From: Nemertoderma westbladi
Taxonomy: Eukaryota; Animalia; Xenacoelomorpha
NCBI GenBank assembly: GCA_032718475.1
Contig: JAUCBJ010002298.1
Location: 1-43,558 of the forward strand
Reading direction: 5' to 3'
DNA: 43,558 bases
The position numbers were made by a program, and so were the translations under genes. Shown one piece after another: positions 24,607 to 36,498 of the stretch; positions within the stretch are counted from its first letter, which is position 1; each line of letters opens with the position of its first letter. The notes below the pieces were generated by a model, which searched no databases, was not told the origin of the DNA, and worked only from the letters and a program-made list of their open reading frames with translations.

Positions 24607-25498
24607 AAAATGGGATTTTCAGTCTATAAAATATAAAAATCACAGTTTCTAAAACATAAAGATACTCTAAACAGTTAGTTTTTCTTGCGCGGACGGCGTT
24701 CACGCAGTTTCCCGAGGCCAGCAAGAGTCCTTTTCTCTTTGGGGCTAGCCACTTTACTAGAAAGGCTATAACTCCTGGGTAAAGGGTGCAATACAATTGC
24801 ATTAGAAGGTTTGGGTTTACGGTCGGTGTCTCGTCCATTTCGATATGCTTCTCCTCGAGCTGATTTTCCTCCGCTTGTCATGGGATACGTTCGTCCAAAA
24901 CTCTCGCAGAGAATAGGGTTTTCTAAGCTTGATATCTTCTTAGAGATTCGAGATTTCCCAATCGAACTGAGATAAGGCCAATTCGTTTATCGATTGGACT
25001 TACTGTTATAACTTACGTTTATCTGAACAAACGCAGGTTTCTTTTTTGATCTTTATAGAATAGCGTTTAACTCGTTTCGTACAACGCTCTCCTTCACCTT
25101 GATGAAGGGTTGTATCGCGTTAAACGGGGACGACCATACGGTTGGATAGTGATATTAGGTGTCCGCGTCACAATCCGGCTAGGTAAGATGAGCGGCTAGC
25201 TAGAAATCACTGTCGGAGTGTTACCGATTAATTGTTAGGGTAGCACTAGATCTTTGAACAGTGAATACAGTCCGCGAGGATCCGCGACACCACCAGGATC
25301 GCAGGTCTGAGGTCCAACTAAGGAATGAGGAGGTTTGACCGAGTATTCCGGGATTCTGATCGTAGGTTTACTCCAGGATCGTTCGAGCCGAGTGAGCATA
25401 GGTGATACGTCAAACAAGTTTCGCTCGAAACTCCAGTAAATATAACGAGCACAACTGTGTTTAACACAACGTTTCCGTGGATGTTTATGTCTTTCCGT

Positions 25499-26173
25499 TT
25501 ATTGGCTGGGTCTAGGGCATTTATCGTAATAATACCAAAGACGCACGTCTTGAAGGGGAAACGCGGGTGATCGCTCTCCAGTTTTACAATATTCCTCCAT
25601 CTGTTCGAAGCTATCTGGAACGACAGGTAGCGGTCGATCGGCGGTAAGATACATCATCGTAAAATAGAGCCGTTTGAGTTCCATCATAGGGTCTGGATGT
25701 ATACCTTGAGGATATCGAGTTTCGAGGTTTTGTTGACTGGCAATATTGAGATAGGTCTCTCTTAGGAATTCTAGATAATCGTTGAAGTCGCGACGTTTAT
25801 CAGGTTCTTCAACGTCTTCCCTCTCGAGTCTGTTTCGAATAGAGTTCTCGTGTTCTATTCTCGATTTATCGTTTCGACTCCGCTGGGTATGATATTTAAA
25901 TAAAACCATTTCCCTTTCGGTGTCTATATCATCGGTGTCGTGTAAATCAATAGGATGACCAGTAGTCAAGAAGTCCATATACGTACCATTACGATGCGTA
26001 TAGCGAGCGGTGAATTTTCCATAGTCCAATTCACGCGTAAGTTACTTCCAGGAAATCGTAGGTTCGATATAACGACCATCATCCTCCGTAGTAGTTGGAC
26101 TAGTATCACCGCGTATCAAGCTATCAACAAACGCTTGAAAGTAGAGTATATCGCTCCCTGATACCAAGACCAT
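25499..26173 (-). pseudogene. Additional ORF of unknown function between pol and the 3' LTR (~224 codons, one internal stop)
   Basis: The 176-aa ORF 25499-26029 extends in frame to an ATG at 26173 across one TAA (26044-26042). Same strand as gag. Hydrophilic, no transmembrane segment. Confidence 0.55.
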
Positions 26174-27019
26174 CTTCTATCAACTCCGTCATATCTGCTA
26201 TATATGAGTTTATTAATATTATAATGAGTTTATATTTAGGCTAGCGAGCGTCGCTGCCTACCCCAATCAGCCCCCGGACAGTGCGAGATCCTCAGCGCCG
26301 ATGTGTCGTCGCCGCTGTACTTTTGCCAACGACGTAGCCGCACAACGACAATGACAACCGGCACAAGTCACTCGACTGTCCGTCCCAAAGGCTTAGATAC
26401 ACCTCAGGTTCTTACTGGAGAGTTAGGGTTACTTTCACAATTGCGACTCGCTACTGTAAACACACCTTAGTAGTAACATTCGCCTATAAACTCACAAATA
26501 CCACACACACAACTTGTCACAAATTACACACACTCGGGTCACTTGTCCATTAGTCAGTGCCTTCCAGAATGTCACGTTATTATCATGTATCCTTGGATAC
26601 TAGCAGTGCGCTATTTATTCCCTATGCTATTCAATGGGGCATGCTTTCTATTGTTCTTTTAACTCACTTCTAATTCTAGCGTGGTAGTTGCCATGGTGAC
26701 ATTATGGAAAGCTAGTGGTAGAATTAGGGTAATTCTCATGCATACAGATCTGGGATGCTATTTAATAGTAATTCTTTAATGGTCAATATCCCCTTTATAC
26801 ATGATTCTATGAATTTTATCGGCTATTGACTATACATTAGAGATTCTCGCACACAAATACACTTAATAGAGTGAATCTCCGCTCCCATGATCTATTAATT
26901 AATGGAATTTTGGGAATGTTATAAATTGTATAAAATGACAATTTATTAAATTCATTGAAATATATGAATTTAAATTTATTCCCGTAAATTTTATTATTTG
27001 ATGGTTAAATTGACACAAT

Positions 27020-27310
27020 TTGATTCCAGAACAGGTCTGGGGACATAGGATCCTTAATTCTAGGAATTTTGTCCTTTTAAGAGTATCGGTAAGTACTACG
27101 ATATCTTAATCGACTAGAATTTTAAAGGATCTGATATTTGACAGATTTTATAAATATTAATAATTAATATTTAGGATGGGCACCAGTTTATTCCAGAACT
27201 TGTCTGGGGACGATAACAACTGATTCTAGAATTTTGTCTTTCAAGTATATCGGTGGGTGCCGCGATATCTTAATCGACTAGAATTACAGATGGTCAAAGG
27301 GTTTAACAGA
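27020..27310. repeat. Diverged ~168-bp tandem duplication with conserved hairpins
   Basis: TTCCAGAAC..GTCTGGGGAC and CGATATCTTAATCGACTAGAATT each occur twice (27024-27121, 27191-27285). Confidence 0.8.
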
Positions 27311-27840
27311 TTTATTTTGCGTTATACGCTACTGTTAAAGGGACATCACGCTACTATATGTATTATTTAATATACGGTATGAGAGCAATATCGCACGAAG
27401 CAATGTCAGTGTGAAGAGGCAAGTCGTTTCCAAGGTCTACCCAGAGCTTGGTTTAGCCGAGACACGAGGATCTGAACTTTGCATTCCTAATATTCTGCCT
27501 ACCAATAATACTTGAATATAGTAGTGGCTTTATTGTACTTTAATAAGTACGAAGATTTCATCTTACTGTAGTCACGTATTGATAATGTAATACGGGCAGT
27601 AAGGAAAGAGAAAAAGAATTATTTCTCGCCGTCGCACTAAATATATAATATACGTAATTAAATAATAAACGCGAATATATATTGCACTAATCTACTAAAT
27701 AATCTCTAAAATACCATACTTACTAAATAAAATTAAATAAAACGATTAAAATAAAATTACATAATAATACATACATAAATATAAAAATAAAACAAATACA
27801 AATATAAAGTAATATTGTCACACACCCACTCCATATGTTG

Positions 27841-28947
27841 TTACATTATGGAGTCCCTAGATGTTTGAAGGATTAGGGAGGTGGTCGTGGGAAGAGAATC
27901 TTGCCTTCCACAGTTTCCGGAGAGTCCTCCATTCCCTTCCGGTAAACACAAACGACCGACTGGGTGATTGAGTCGCTGCATCATCCCGAATACAATTCCA
28001 GGTTTCCTCTTCGTCCTGGAATAGTGACGATAGAAACATCGCTCTAGGTACACGACGGCCTTACAAAGCCGATTCCAGGAGCTATAGTGGTCCGTCGCTC
28101 CCTGCAGGAGAGGTGAGAGTCCCTGCGAGACGTCTGATGTTCCATAGCTCCAATCGCTCTCTCTGATCTTCATGAAGGATCCACTCGCGGTGGGGAGGTC
28201 CAGATCCACGGCGTCGTCCCTGGCAATATGTAATACCGACAGATCTATCCCGGGTTCAAATAACTTCGATCCACCCGTCCGGGTTTTAGGTTTGACTTTC
28301 TCCGCTCCCTTGGCTGGTCTAATCTCAGTCGGAGTAAGATGGGGAGGCCATTCATCCTCCTTACTCAGGAAGTCGGGTTCACCTAACCGGTCTGTAGTAT
28401 CTGTCAGTTCTTGAGGAGTTGCTCCTCTGGAAGCGATGTCAGTTGGATTAAACTTCTTGGGGCAATATCTCCATTGATCTACATTGGAGCTAATATCGTC
28501 ATTATCTGAGGAGTATGGTGTTCCCTCAGTTGGGTCGTCTCCCTCACTAGTATCATCTTCCCATTCACTCACCTGGCAGACGCGATCTTGAAGCAGTCTT
28601 TCTCTGAGCGTTCTTCGGGAAGGTCCAGTAAGGTACCAACCTACTCTAGGTCTTACCGCATAGGTCTGAAGTGGTTGCGGTTGAGCAGGTCGTTTCTCCA
28701 ATGTCTCCAGCGCCTCATGCGCGTTTTGACCGATTAATATTTGTACTCCAGGATAATCGGTGTCGAATCTAGGAATGTTAAGTTGTTGGGCATGATCATC
28801 TTCGTCCCAATTATAAGGTTCCACTTGGGTGGTAGCGAAGTTCTTTATTGCCACCATTTTGACTGACCTTATACTGTGTTCTCCTAATTTATCCTGTGGA
28901 GTGGACAACTCACCTATATAATAGTCGCAGCCACAGCAGATTTCCAA
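27841..28947 (-). pseudogene. Protease C-terminal half fused in frame to BEL pol relics
   Basis: ILIGQN; YAVRPRVGWYLTGP; WRYCPKKFNPTDIASRG..EPDFL..EWP (end of Pao RNase H); YSSWNRLCKAVVY; HPVGRLCL (pol C-terminus). No RT YxDD and no integrase DDE. Confidence 0.88.
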
Positions 28948-31900
28948 ACCTGCATGATCCCTGACATGTTTAGCTTGGTTCGGAACTTGGGTTGTCCAGC
29001 AAAGATGTCTTCGGCTAGTTCTTTATCGATGAATGTTCCTGTGCTGCCGGAGTCCAGGAGGGCGTTCACTATATAGCTCTTCTGAGGTCCGTGGACCCGT
29101 AACTGGACTACAGGAAATTCTCGGATTCCTACATTTGAAGTTGGCGCTTTCCAAGATTGTTGTTGATCTGAAGTAATTAGGGTGAGGTCGCTGTCTGTGT
29201 CTTTCTCATACATGAGTGCTCGATACACTGCGGTGGTGTTTATTAAGTAACAGGATTCGTTTTGGTCGGATAATTCGTCCGTATAGAATCCTTCCATCTC
29301 AGAACTTTGGTCAGTGTCGTTCACATCACTGAATTGGACATGTAGTTGTTCGGACTCACTTACCTGACTCGGGCTGCTTCGTTCGAATTCAGTGTGCAAC
29401 AAGATATGATGTTTTGCACCGCACTTTGCACACCTTGCGTCGGAGTAACAGGTTCGCCGTTGGTGTCCTCGTCTGAGACAATTATAACACAACCGCTTAT
29501 CCCACATGACTTCCCGTCTCTCTTTTAATGATTTCTTTAAGAATTCATCGCACATATTCAAGCGGTGGGGCCCGTCGCACAGCACACATTTGGGTTTGAT
29601 GTTACTTACTTTAACATGTGCTGTGTGGTGCACGTTCGTTCTCTCCTCGGGCTTTCTCACCTGAATTCTCTTGGGAGACGTAGGAGGAGTTTTTCTTACC
29701 TGTTCACTCCTGTCATTGGTTCGAGACTTGAATTTACTTACCTGGTCTTTAGGCGTTTTATTGACATAATAAGATCTTTCAGTGTCTTTCCCGCTATCCT
29801 CTCCTTGAGAAGTCTGGCTTTCGCCGTCGTCTGTATAACACACTGGTGTTACCCTTCTCCTAGAAACGGGTTTCTCACTTATCTTGTTTTCCAGTGTCTT
29901 CTCTCTGGACTGCCTTAGGAGCTGTAATTTCACTTCTCCATCTAGGAATGACATGAGATCAGCCATGGTAGGGTCTCGTCGTTGTTGTTCCATCATATAT
30001 AACACTTTCTTATCCCAGCGTGTACCTACTCCACCCTTCGGTAAAGTAGAAGCCACTGCTCTAATAACCATAGCACTCTGATACTCATGAGACTTACCTA
30101 GCCAATCTAATTGTCTGCAGATCTCCTGAATCTCATCGGAAAACTCTATAATCCCGCTGCTCATAAACTTTCGGGGCGCCACTAACTTTGCATACAAATA
30201 CCCAGCTATGTTATTCCTATTACCATACCTGATGTTTAGTGTATCCCAAACTTGTCTTAATCCGTCTGGATGTCCAATAAACTTTAACGCCATTAACTTG
30301 GGAGATCCTTCCAAGCACTCAATGAGGTATCTAAGTTTCTCTCCATTAGATAGCACAGAGTTCTGTATGTTATCTTTGTAATATTCATTAAAAGGTAACC
30401 ATTTCATCTCATCTCCATTGAACTTGACGATCTCTCCCACCTTTACCGCTTGCCGGGCTTCGGTTCTAGCCATTTGACGCGTAAAACTTTCTTGGGCCAT
30501 CGTGTTATTTAATATCGAGTTATCGGTATATAAATTTCTCGGATTATGATCCGGTCTATAGGGAATATCATTATCAACAGGTCTATAATTACCCTTAATA
30601 GGGTTCACTATAGGAGTTTCTACTTCGCTAGCAGTATAGATGCGTGTAGGCTCCACACCTTGCGCATGAGATACTTCAGACCTAACAGGTTGACACATGG
30701 TTACAGGGGGTGGTGGTATACCCCTTTGTGTATTTACTAATTTATCGCGTTCTAGCGCGATACTTTGCTGCACTTCTTGCAACTCTAGCCTACTTTCCCT
30801 TACTGTGCCTTTGAATTGTTGAACAGTCTCCTGCATCTGTCCGAGCAGGAGATCCATCCCCCGTCGTCTCTCATCCACCCATTCGACCGCCGAAGCGGGA
30901 TTCGCCAACGTTGTAGCGGGCGGACGAGGGACAACGGGCGACAAATCATGAATATTTCGCTCGGAGTCTAGGGTGTGAACTGTCTCACGGACTGTTCTGC
31001 TGGGCACAGGTAGCTTAGTGCTGTGCAAAGGGAATTGAGAGGTAGGTTCAGGGAGTACAGGTGTCTCTACGACCGAAAGGGTGGCTTCGGGAACAGACCT
31101 AACTATTTCGGGCTCATCTACTATAGTAGGGAGTCTCTCTATTGTAATTATTTGGTCTGTGGGTTCTGTACTACCTAAGTTGGTGTTATTTAGTTGCCTT
31201 CTAACAGCTGGAGGCAAATCAGGCAATTTTTGACGGTGGGATGTTCTTTTACGTCTGCTTAGGCGAGATCGATTTCCTCCGCCTTCAGTGTCGGTGGTAT
31301 CGCCTTCCTCAGATGATGTATAACCCTGTCTTTTGGGAGTAGATCGATTCATCATCTGCATATTACTAGCTGTTAACTGTTTATTAAAGTTGTCTTGTTT
31401 CTCTTGAAGATTTTCCAACTCTAGTTGGGTTGTCTCTTCAGATGCCTTTCGTTCTGCTTCTGCCACTGCTATTTTTCTTTCCGCTTCGGCCGCCTTTCTT
31501 TCGGCTTCTACTGCTGCAGCTGCCACCTTTCTTTCCGCTTCGGCCGCCTTTCTTTCGGCTTCTACCGCCTTTCTTTCGGCTTCTACTGCTGCAGCTGCCA
31601 CCTTTCTTTCCGCTTCGGCCGCCTTTCTTTCGGCTTCTACCGCCTTTCTTTCGGCTTCTACTGCTGCAGCTGCCGCTTTTGCCTCTGCCGCTGCCGCTTT
31701 TGCCTCTGCCGCTGCCTCTGCCGCTTTCTTTCTATCTTCTATACGTTTTTTCCTTACTTGTTCTTCTTGAACCTTAGCGATGCGGATGCTTTCATTGAAT
31801 TTAGCTTGGTTCGCAGCTAACCTATCCACATCGATTGCGTCCAACACACGCTGGGCTCCTTCACTATTAGGGCTAAGCCCCTCTAGTCTTCTCCGCAACT

Positions 31901-32901
31901 CTTCATCACCTACGAAACGCTGATAGTCTGACAGATAGATGTCAATGGCATCCCTCTTATGCGGTTTCTCTGCCGTCGCTTCACTTTCCACTTGGGAAAA
32001 AGTAGCGTCTGTTGATTCTCCATGGGTTGAGCGCTCCTCCAGCTGAGCTTTCCACTGAGCTGTTCCTTGAACCTGGCGACTCACCCGTTGAAACCAAGTC
32101 TTTACGGCAACTTGCAACGATGTCTTGTCTTCTTTTAGAAGCCTCTTCAAAGGCTGATAATATTAGCCTGATTCGCAGAATTCTTTCTCTAACTTGATAA
32201 AGCAGTTGTCCCTGCTCTTGAGGTCCTTGAGGTTGTTGTAACAGTTGTTTTTCTACTCGCTCCATAGAGCTGAAGAATCCCTGTGCGTATCCGGCTGCGG
32301 ACCTCTTCCACACAGCTGGATCGATGGTTTCCTTGGCTACTCCCATCCGGTGTATGTCTTCCCAGGCAGCTTCTGATAAATCAAACGGGAGTCCGGGTCC
32401 GGGGAAGTTCCATTGCGACTCGACCATAGATTTCAGTTCTTCCTTTGTGTATCCCGCATAACTATCTTTAGTTGAGCGCTTACTTCTCGCCCAATCGATC
32501 TGGTGTTCTTCCACCGCGATCAATAACCTGGTGAGTACGGCTGCAGGAAGGATGAGAAGGGGATCCGAATAAACCGCATCAGTCATCCTTGCTCCGCGCT
32601 TGGGTGTCAGTTCTACAGTATCTTCACTACTGGAGCTGTCGGGCCGCTGAGAAATAAGTTCTTGGCTCAAGGGTTGTTGCTGTTCCGCTGCTTCTTGGTC
32701 CCGCTTGACCCGGGCTCGAGTGCCTATGATAGACCTACGGTGCTGGAACAGCCTAGGTTCTGTTATTACTACTGGAGGGATGACTTTCCTCACAGTGGGA
32801 GGTGAACTGAACTTAGGAATAGACGGTTCTACACCTCTATCTGAGTCGCAGATAGTTACATCTAATAAACTGTCTGACAGGTTCTGCTTAGTATCAGACA
32901 T
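28914..32901 (-). CDS. gag: BEL/Pao Gag-protease with one frameshift near 32150
   Basis: ATG at 32901. The 306-aa ORF shifts into the 1078-aa ORF at CCTTTG. DUF1759-like KFNGDEMKWLPF..LSNGEKLRYLIECLEG; knuckles CVLCDGPHRLNMC, CYNCLRRGHQRRTC, CAKCGAKHHILLH; protease ALLDSGS (~29050). Confidence 0.9.
31440..31730 (-). repeat. Coding tandem repeat in gag (21/78-bp periodicity; EAERKA coiled coil)
   Basis: AAAAVEAERKAVEAERKAAEAERKV repeated at DNA and protein level. Confidence 0.9.
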
Positions 32902-33074
32902 GTTTGTTTACACAGTTGAATGCCTACTGCTATATTACAGTCTAAGCAAGTCTAGTAATTCAGTGTTAACTGCTAGCCTAGTAATTAATTACCGATACTG
33001 CTACTCAGTGTAGCGTGATATATATAATATTAGAATACCGGTATGCTTATGGTATATCTAAGTATTATTACAGA

Positions 33075-33390
33075 CTAGGTTTTTCACAGAAACCGGTATA
33101 TAATTTTAGCACAAATATATATAAATATATAATAGGCCTATCGTGGATACCGGTATGCAGTTTACACTTATAGTATATATAAGTATAATTATTAACTAGA
33201 ATTAATTACAGAATACCGGTATGATTTCAGCACAAATATAAATATATAATAGGCTTATCGTGGATACCGGTATGCAGTTTACACTTATAGTATATATAAG
33301 TATAATTATTAACTAGAATTAATTACAGAATACCGGTATGATTTCAGCACAAATATAAATATATAATAGGCCTATCGTGGATACCGGTAT
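33075..33390. repeat. ~116-bp tandem repeat (about 2.7 units) in the 5' leader
   Basis: AATAGGC(C/T)TATCGTGGATACCGGTAT recurs at ~33131, ~33248 and ~33365. Confidence 0.9.
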
Positions 33391-34343
33391 ATCAATTATT
33401 TTAAATAATTGAATTTCTGAATTTTAAGGGTTACTTGGTTACTTTAACTTACTTTATTACCGTTATTTAAGCAGTAGTCCAACTGATATTGAGACCTAAT
33501 TATTATATGGCAGGCCTACTATTTATAAATCGTTTGAGTTGATTTATAATATATATATACCCGTTTAATGGGTTTTGTCAATGTTGAAATAAATGTTATT
33601 ATTTCTGGGGGAGTCACTACACATAAGCTGTGCGCTCTCAGTGGAGTGCTACTTGTTAGACACTAAAACAAATAATTCTAATTTACCTAAGTTACTTAAT
33701 ACTACAAATTACGTACAATTCGGGTTGAGATTACAATCTCTAAATAAACACAAAATTTTAATTACAAATACACAAATACAAATTTTTTGGGTAATTTTAC
33801 AAGAAGTCTACTAACCAGCCTAACAAAGGGCTAGAATATCTGGTTATTACAACGGACAGGTTACTACGGTATTTGAAAATAATAAGTAGTAGTAAATATA
33901 CTGCGCTGTCTAGATAGGAAAATACCACCGCCTGATGACCTATAACCGTATCGCTATAGGTACTACGTTATGTATCACGGAGTGTTCCTACCTAGAAGTT
34001 AATAGAGCTAACGTACGTGCCTATTAACCACTTTACAACACAAATACTGCCTACACACTAATTGCTTTCGGAAAGCACTGTACACTAAACCCTAAATTAG
34101 GTACAAGTACTTGTATAACAAATAATTAGTAGTTAAAAATACTTGAACAGCCAAAAGAACCACGGTATCTGCTGGAGTGACCGGTGCACAAAATCACCAG
34201 TCTTTACCTACGCCGAGCAGCCCTGATGTAGTACCGGGGTTAGTTTAACTATAACGGTATGTATAACAAACACAATTACTGTAGGAATAAACTTGGGGAT
34301 ATGAATGTTGCGAATAATCGCATAAACTCTGAATAATAAATAT

Positions 34344-34908
34344 TACGCTACGCGTACAGACCATTCAAACAAAATGCAGACCAAATACTGACAGACTACT
34401 ATCAAGCCCAAACAAACTACGGTATATGTAGACTCCGAAATGGTTAAGTAGTATGCGTTCTAACCCAGTAGTACGACTTATTCTTTAGATGGGGGTTTAC
34501 CTTACAGCGATGGCTGCCCCTACTTCCTAACCGTTCTTTATCGGACAGATGCTTTACACACACCGAAATTTCCTCAAACCCAACAGCAGCCAGACAACTA
34601 TCCAGCCTACAAATTATCTAAATAAAATTATACGCTACCCGTACAGACTACACAAACAAAGTACAGACCAAACGCTGGCCAACTACTATCAAGCCTAAAT
34701 AAACCACAGGACATACAGACTCCGAAATGGTTAAGTAGTATGCGTTCTAACCCCGTAGTACGACTTATTCTTTAGATGGGGGTTTACCTTACAGCGATGG
34801 CTGCCCCTACTTCCTAACCGTTCTTTATCGGACATACACTCTACATGCACTGCAATCCGTTCAGACCTAATCAACAGTTAGCCAACAGTCAAGCCTACAA
34901 ATTATCTG
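34344..34908. repeat. 287-bp tandem duplication in the 5' leader with a near-invariant 117-bp core
   Basis: 34431-34547 and 34718-34834 differ at one position that I could see; the rest of the unit is clearly diverged. Confidence 0.9.
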
Positions 34909-35199
34909 TACAATCTGAGCAGGCTTACACGCCTTCTGCTCAATACTGACCTACAAATAAATAAAACTGACAGAAATAGGCCTAAGTAAAATCCCAATAA
35001 AAACCAGGCGTCCCCGATTAATTATTAAGACCTACCGGCATATAATAATCAAATCGAATAATACTGCTGTACCTGTACCGTAAGTACCGGTTCGGGCAGT
35101 TGGGCCTACAGGCCTACAGTAGTACAGGTTACCGTTCAACCGGTACCGGTACTTTAGACTGGATTGCTTACACCGCAATCCAGAAGCAATATCTGTTAT

Positions 35200-36194
35200 T
35201 GTTTGCGCTTTTGAAGACCTTTGACAGTTTAACCTGCCAAAATTAGAATGTCTTTTAGATGATATATATTCTTTAGCTTTATGACGAGTATTTGATACAC
35301 TACATTAGCCGAAGCCAGTCTATGCGCAATCATTCACCCGTTGGATATACCCGGGAGACTGAGTTCGGAGCTTAATGATTGATGGTGTAAGCCTACTGTA
35401 TTATTCGACTGATCGTAATATATAATCTCTGACAAATATTATTCACTTTCGGGAAATATTAACAGTTCCTTTAGGACGTGGCGCTCTAAATATGTAAACA
35501 GAGTTATGACTTAAACTAGTCACAACGAAAAGGCTATAGATTAACGTATATGGCGCATTCTTTAGGAGATGCTTTGTTATCAGTTACAATCATACACAAT
35601 GCTGCACAATACTGCACACTAATCTGCCGACCTTCACTAAATTTAGTCACGTATAAAGAGAGCAACATACAATTTATGTTGGGCATATGAAATAGCATTA
35701 GATTCACTTCAAACCACTCAACATAGGTCGCAATCGTTTATCTGTAACTGGTCTCTCTAACCTTTAATATATCAATTCTGATATAATAATTCATCAACAA
35801 ATATAATGAACAACAGACAGCAAAAGCAGTAATATTAATGTATGAATTGCATATAATTAGTTTGGTTAGATTGTATGTAGTAAATAGGTTGATTTGTATG
35901 ATTGGTCAACCGAACAACGGGAGAACAAAGAAACAAAGAAACGTCGACGTGGCAATATCAGCTGTTAGCCGTCGTCATGGTAGCGACACTGTTTTCAAGA
36001 GTATCCAGCTTATCGCGTCACGAGATTGCAGATTATGTCCTCTAAAGTACAAATACAGTACAAATACAGAAGAAATGACTTTTATGTCCTCTAAAACACC
36101 AGTACAGCAAGGACACGGCCTTTTTATGCCTGGCAAACCAACTACAAAGTACTTTAAGGGAAAATAACCGGTTAATGACGCAAAAGCTTTTACA
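35200..36194 (-). repeat. 5' LTR (995 bp; lacks 172-bp and 30-bp segments present in the 3' LTR)
   Basis: TGTTTGCGC...TTTTACA; length difference 202 = 172 + 30. Confidence 0.96.
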
Positions 36195-36498
36195 TGCATG
36201 TACCATTTGTACCGGTACTGTCAGGCTGTACTCAATTCCTGAATCGAGAATTCTGCAATCAGTCAATACTGCAATACAGGTCAGTCGGTACCATACACTG
36301 CAGACATGCCATATCATGTAATCTAAACATGGCCCCAGAAACCCTTGCGGTGATTATAGTTTAGGCCTAATTAGCCTAGTACCGGTAATAATAATATAAT
36401 AGTTTAGATAGTTCAGTAGTTACCGCTAATCATTCAGTCATTGGCACGGTACACCGTATTGCTGTACTGCCGTTGTAGTGCGCACCGTAGGTACCACC

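Larger units (their letters stand above)
23400..36194 (-). mobile_element. BEL/Pao LTR retrotransposon, internally deleted and non-autonomous, 12.8 kb
   Basis: Two near-identical TG..CA LTRs; BEL-type gag with three zinc knuckles; aspartic protease; pol relics; G-rich PPT. Confidence 0.95.

Noticed and set aside
32140-32160. Programmed frameshift in gag
   Set aside because: No X XXY YYZ heptamer or Ty1-type CTTAGGC. A single extra T in CCTTTG explains it as a mutation or read error.
33925-33970. Hammerhead ribozyme (CTGATGA followed by the CCTATA/TATAGG stem)
   Set aside because: The required GAAA after stem II is absent (TACTAC follows).
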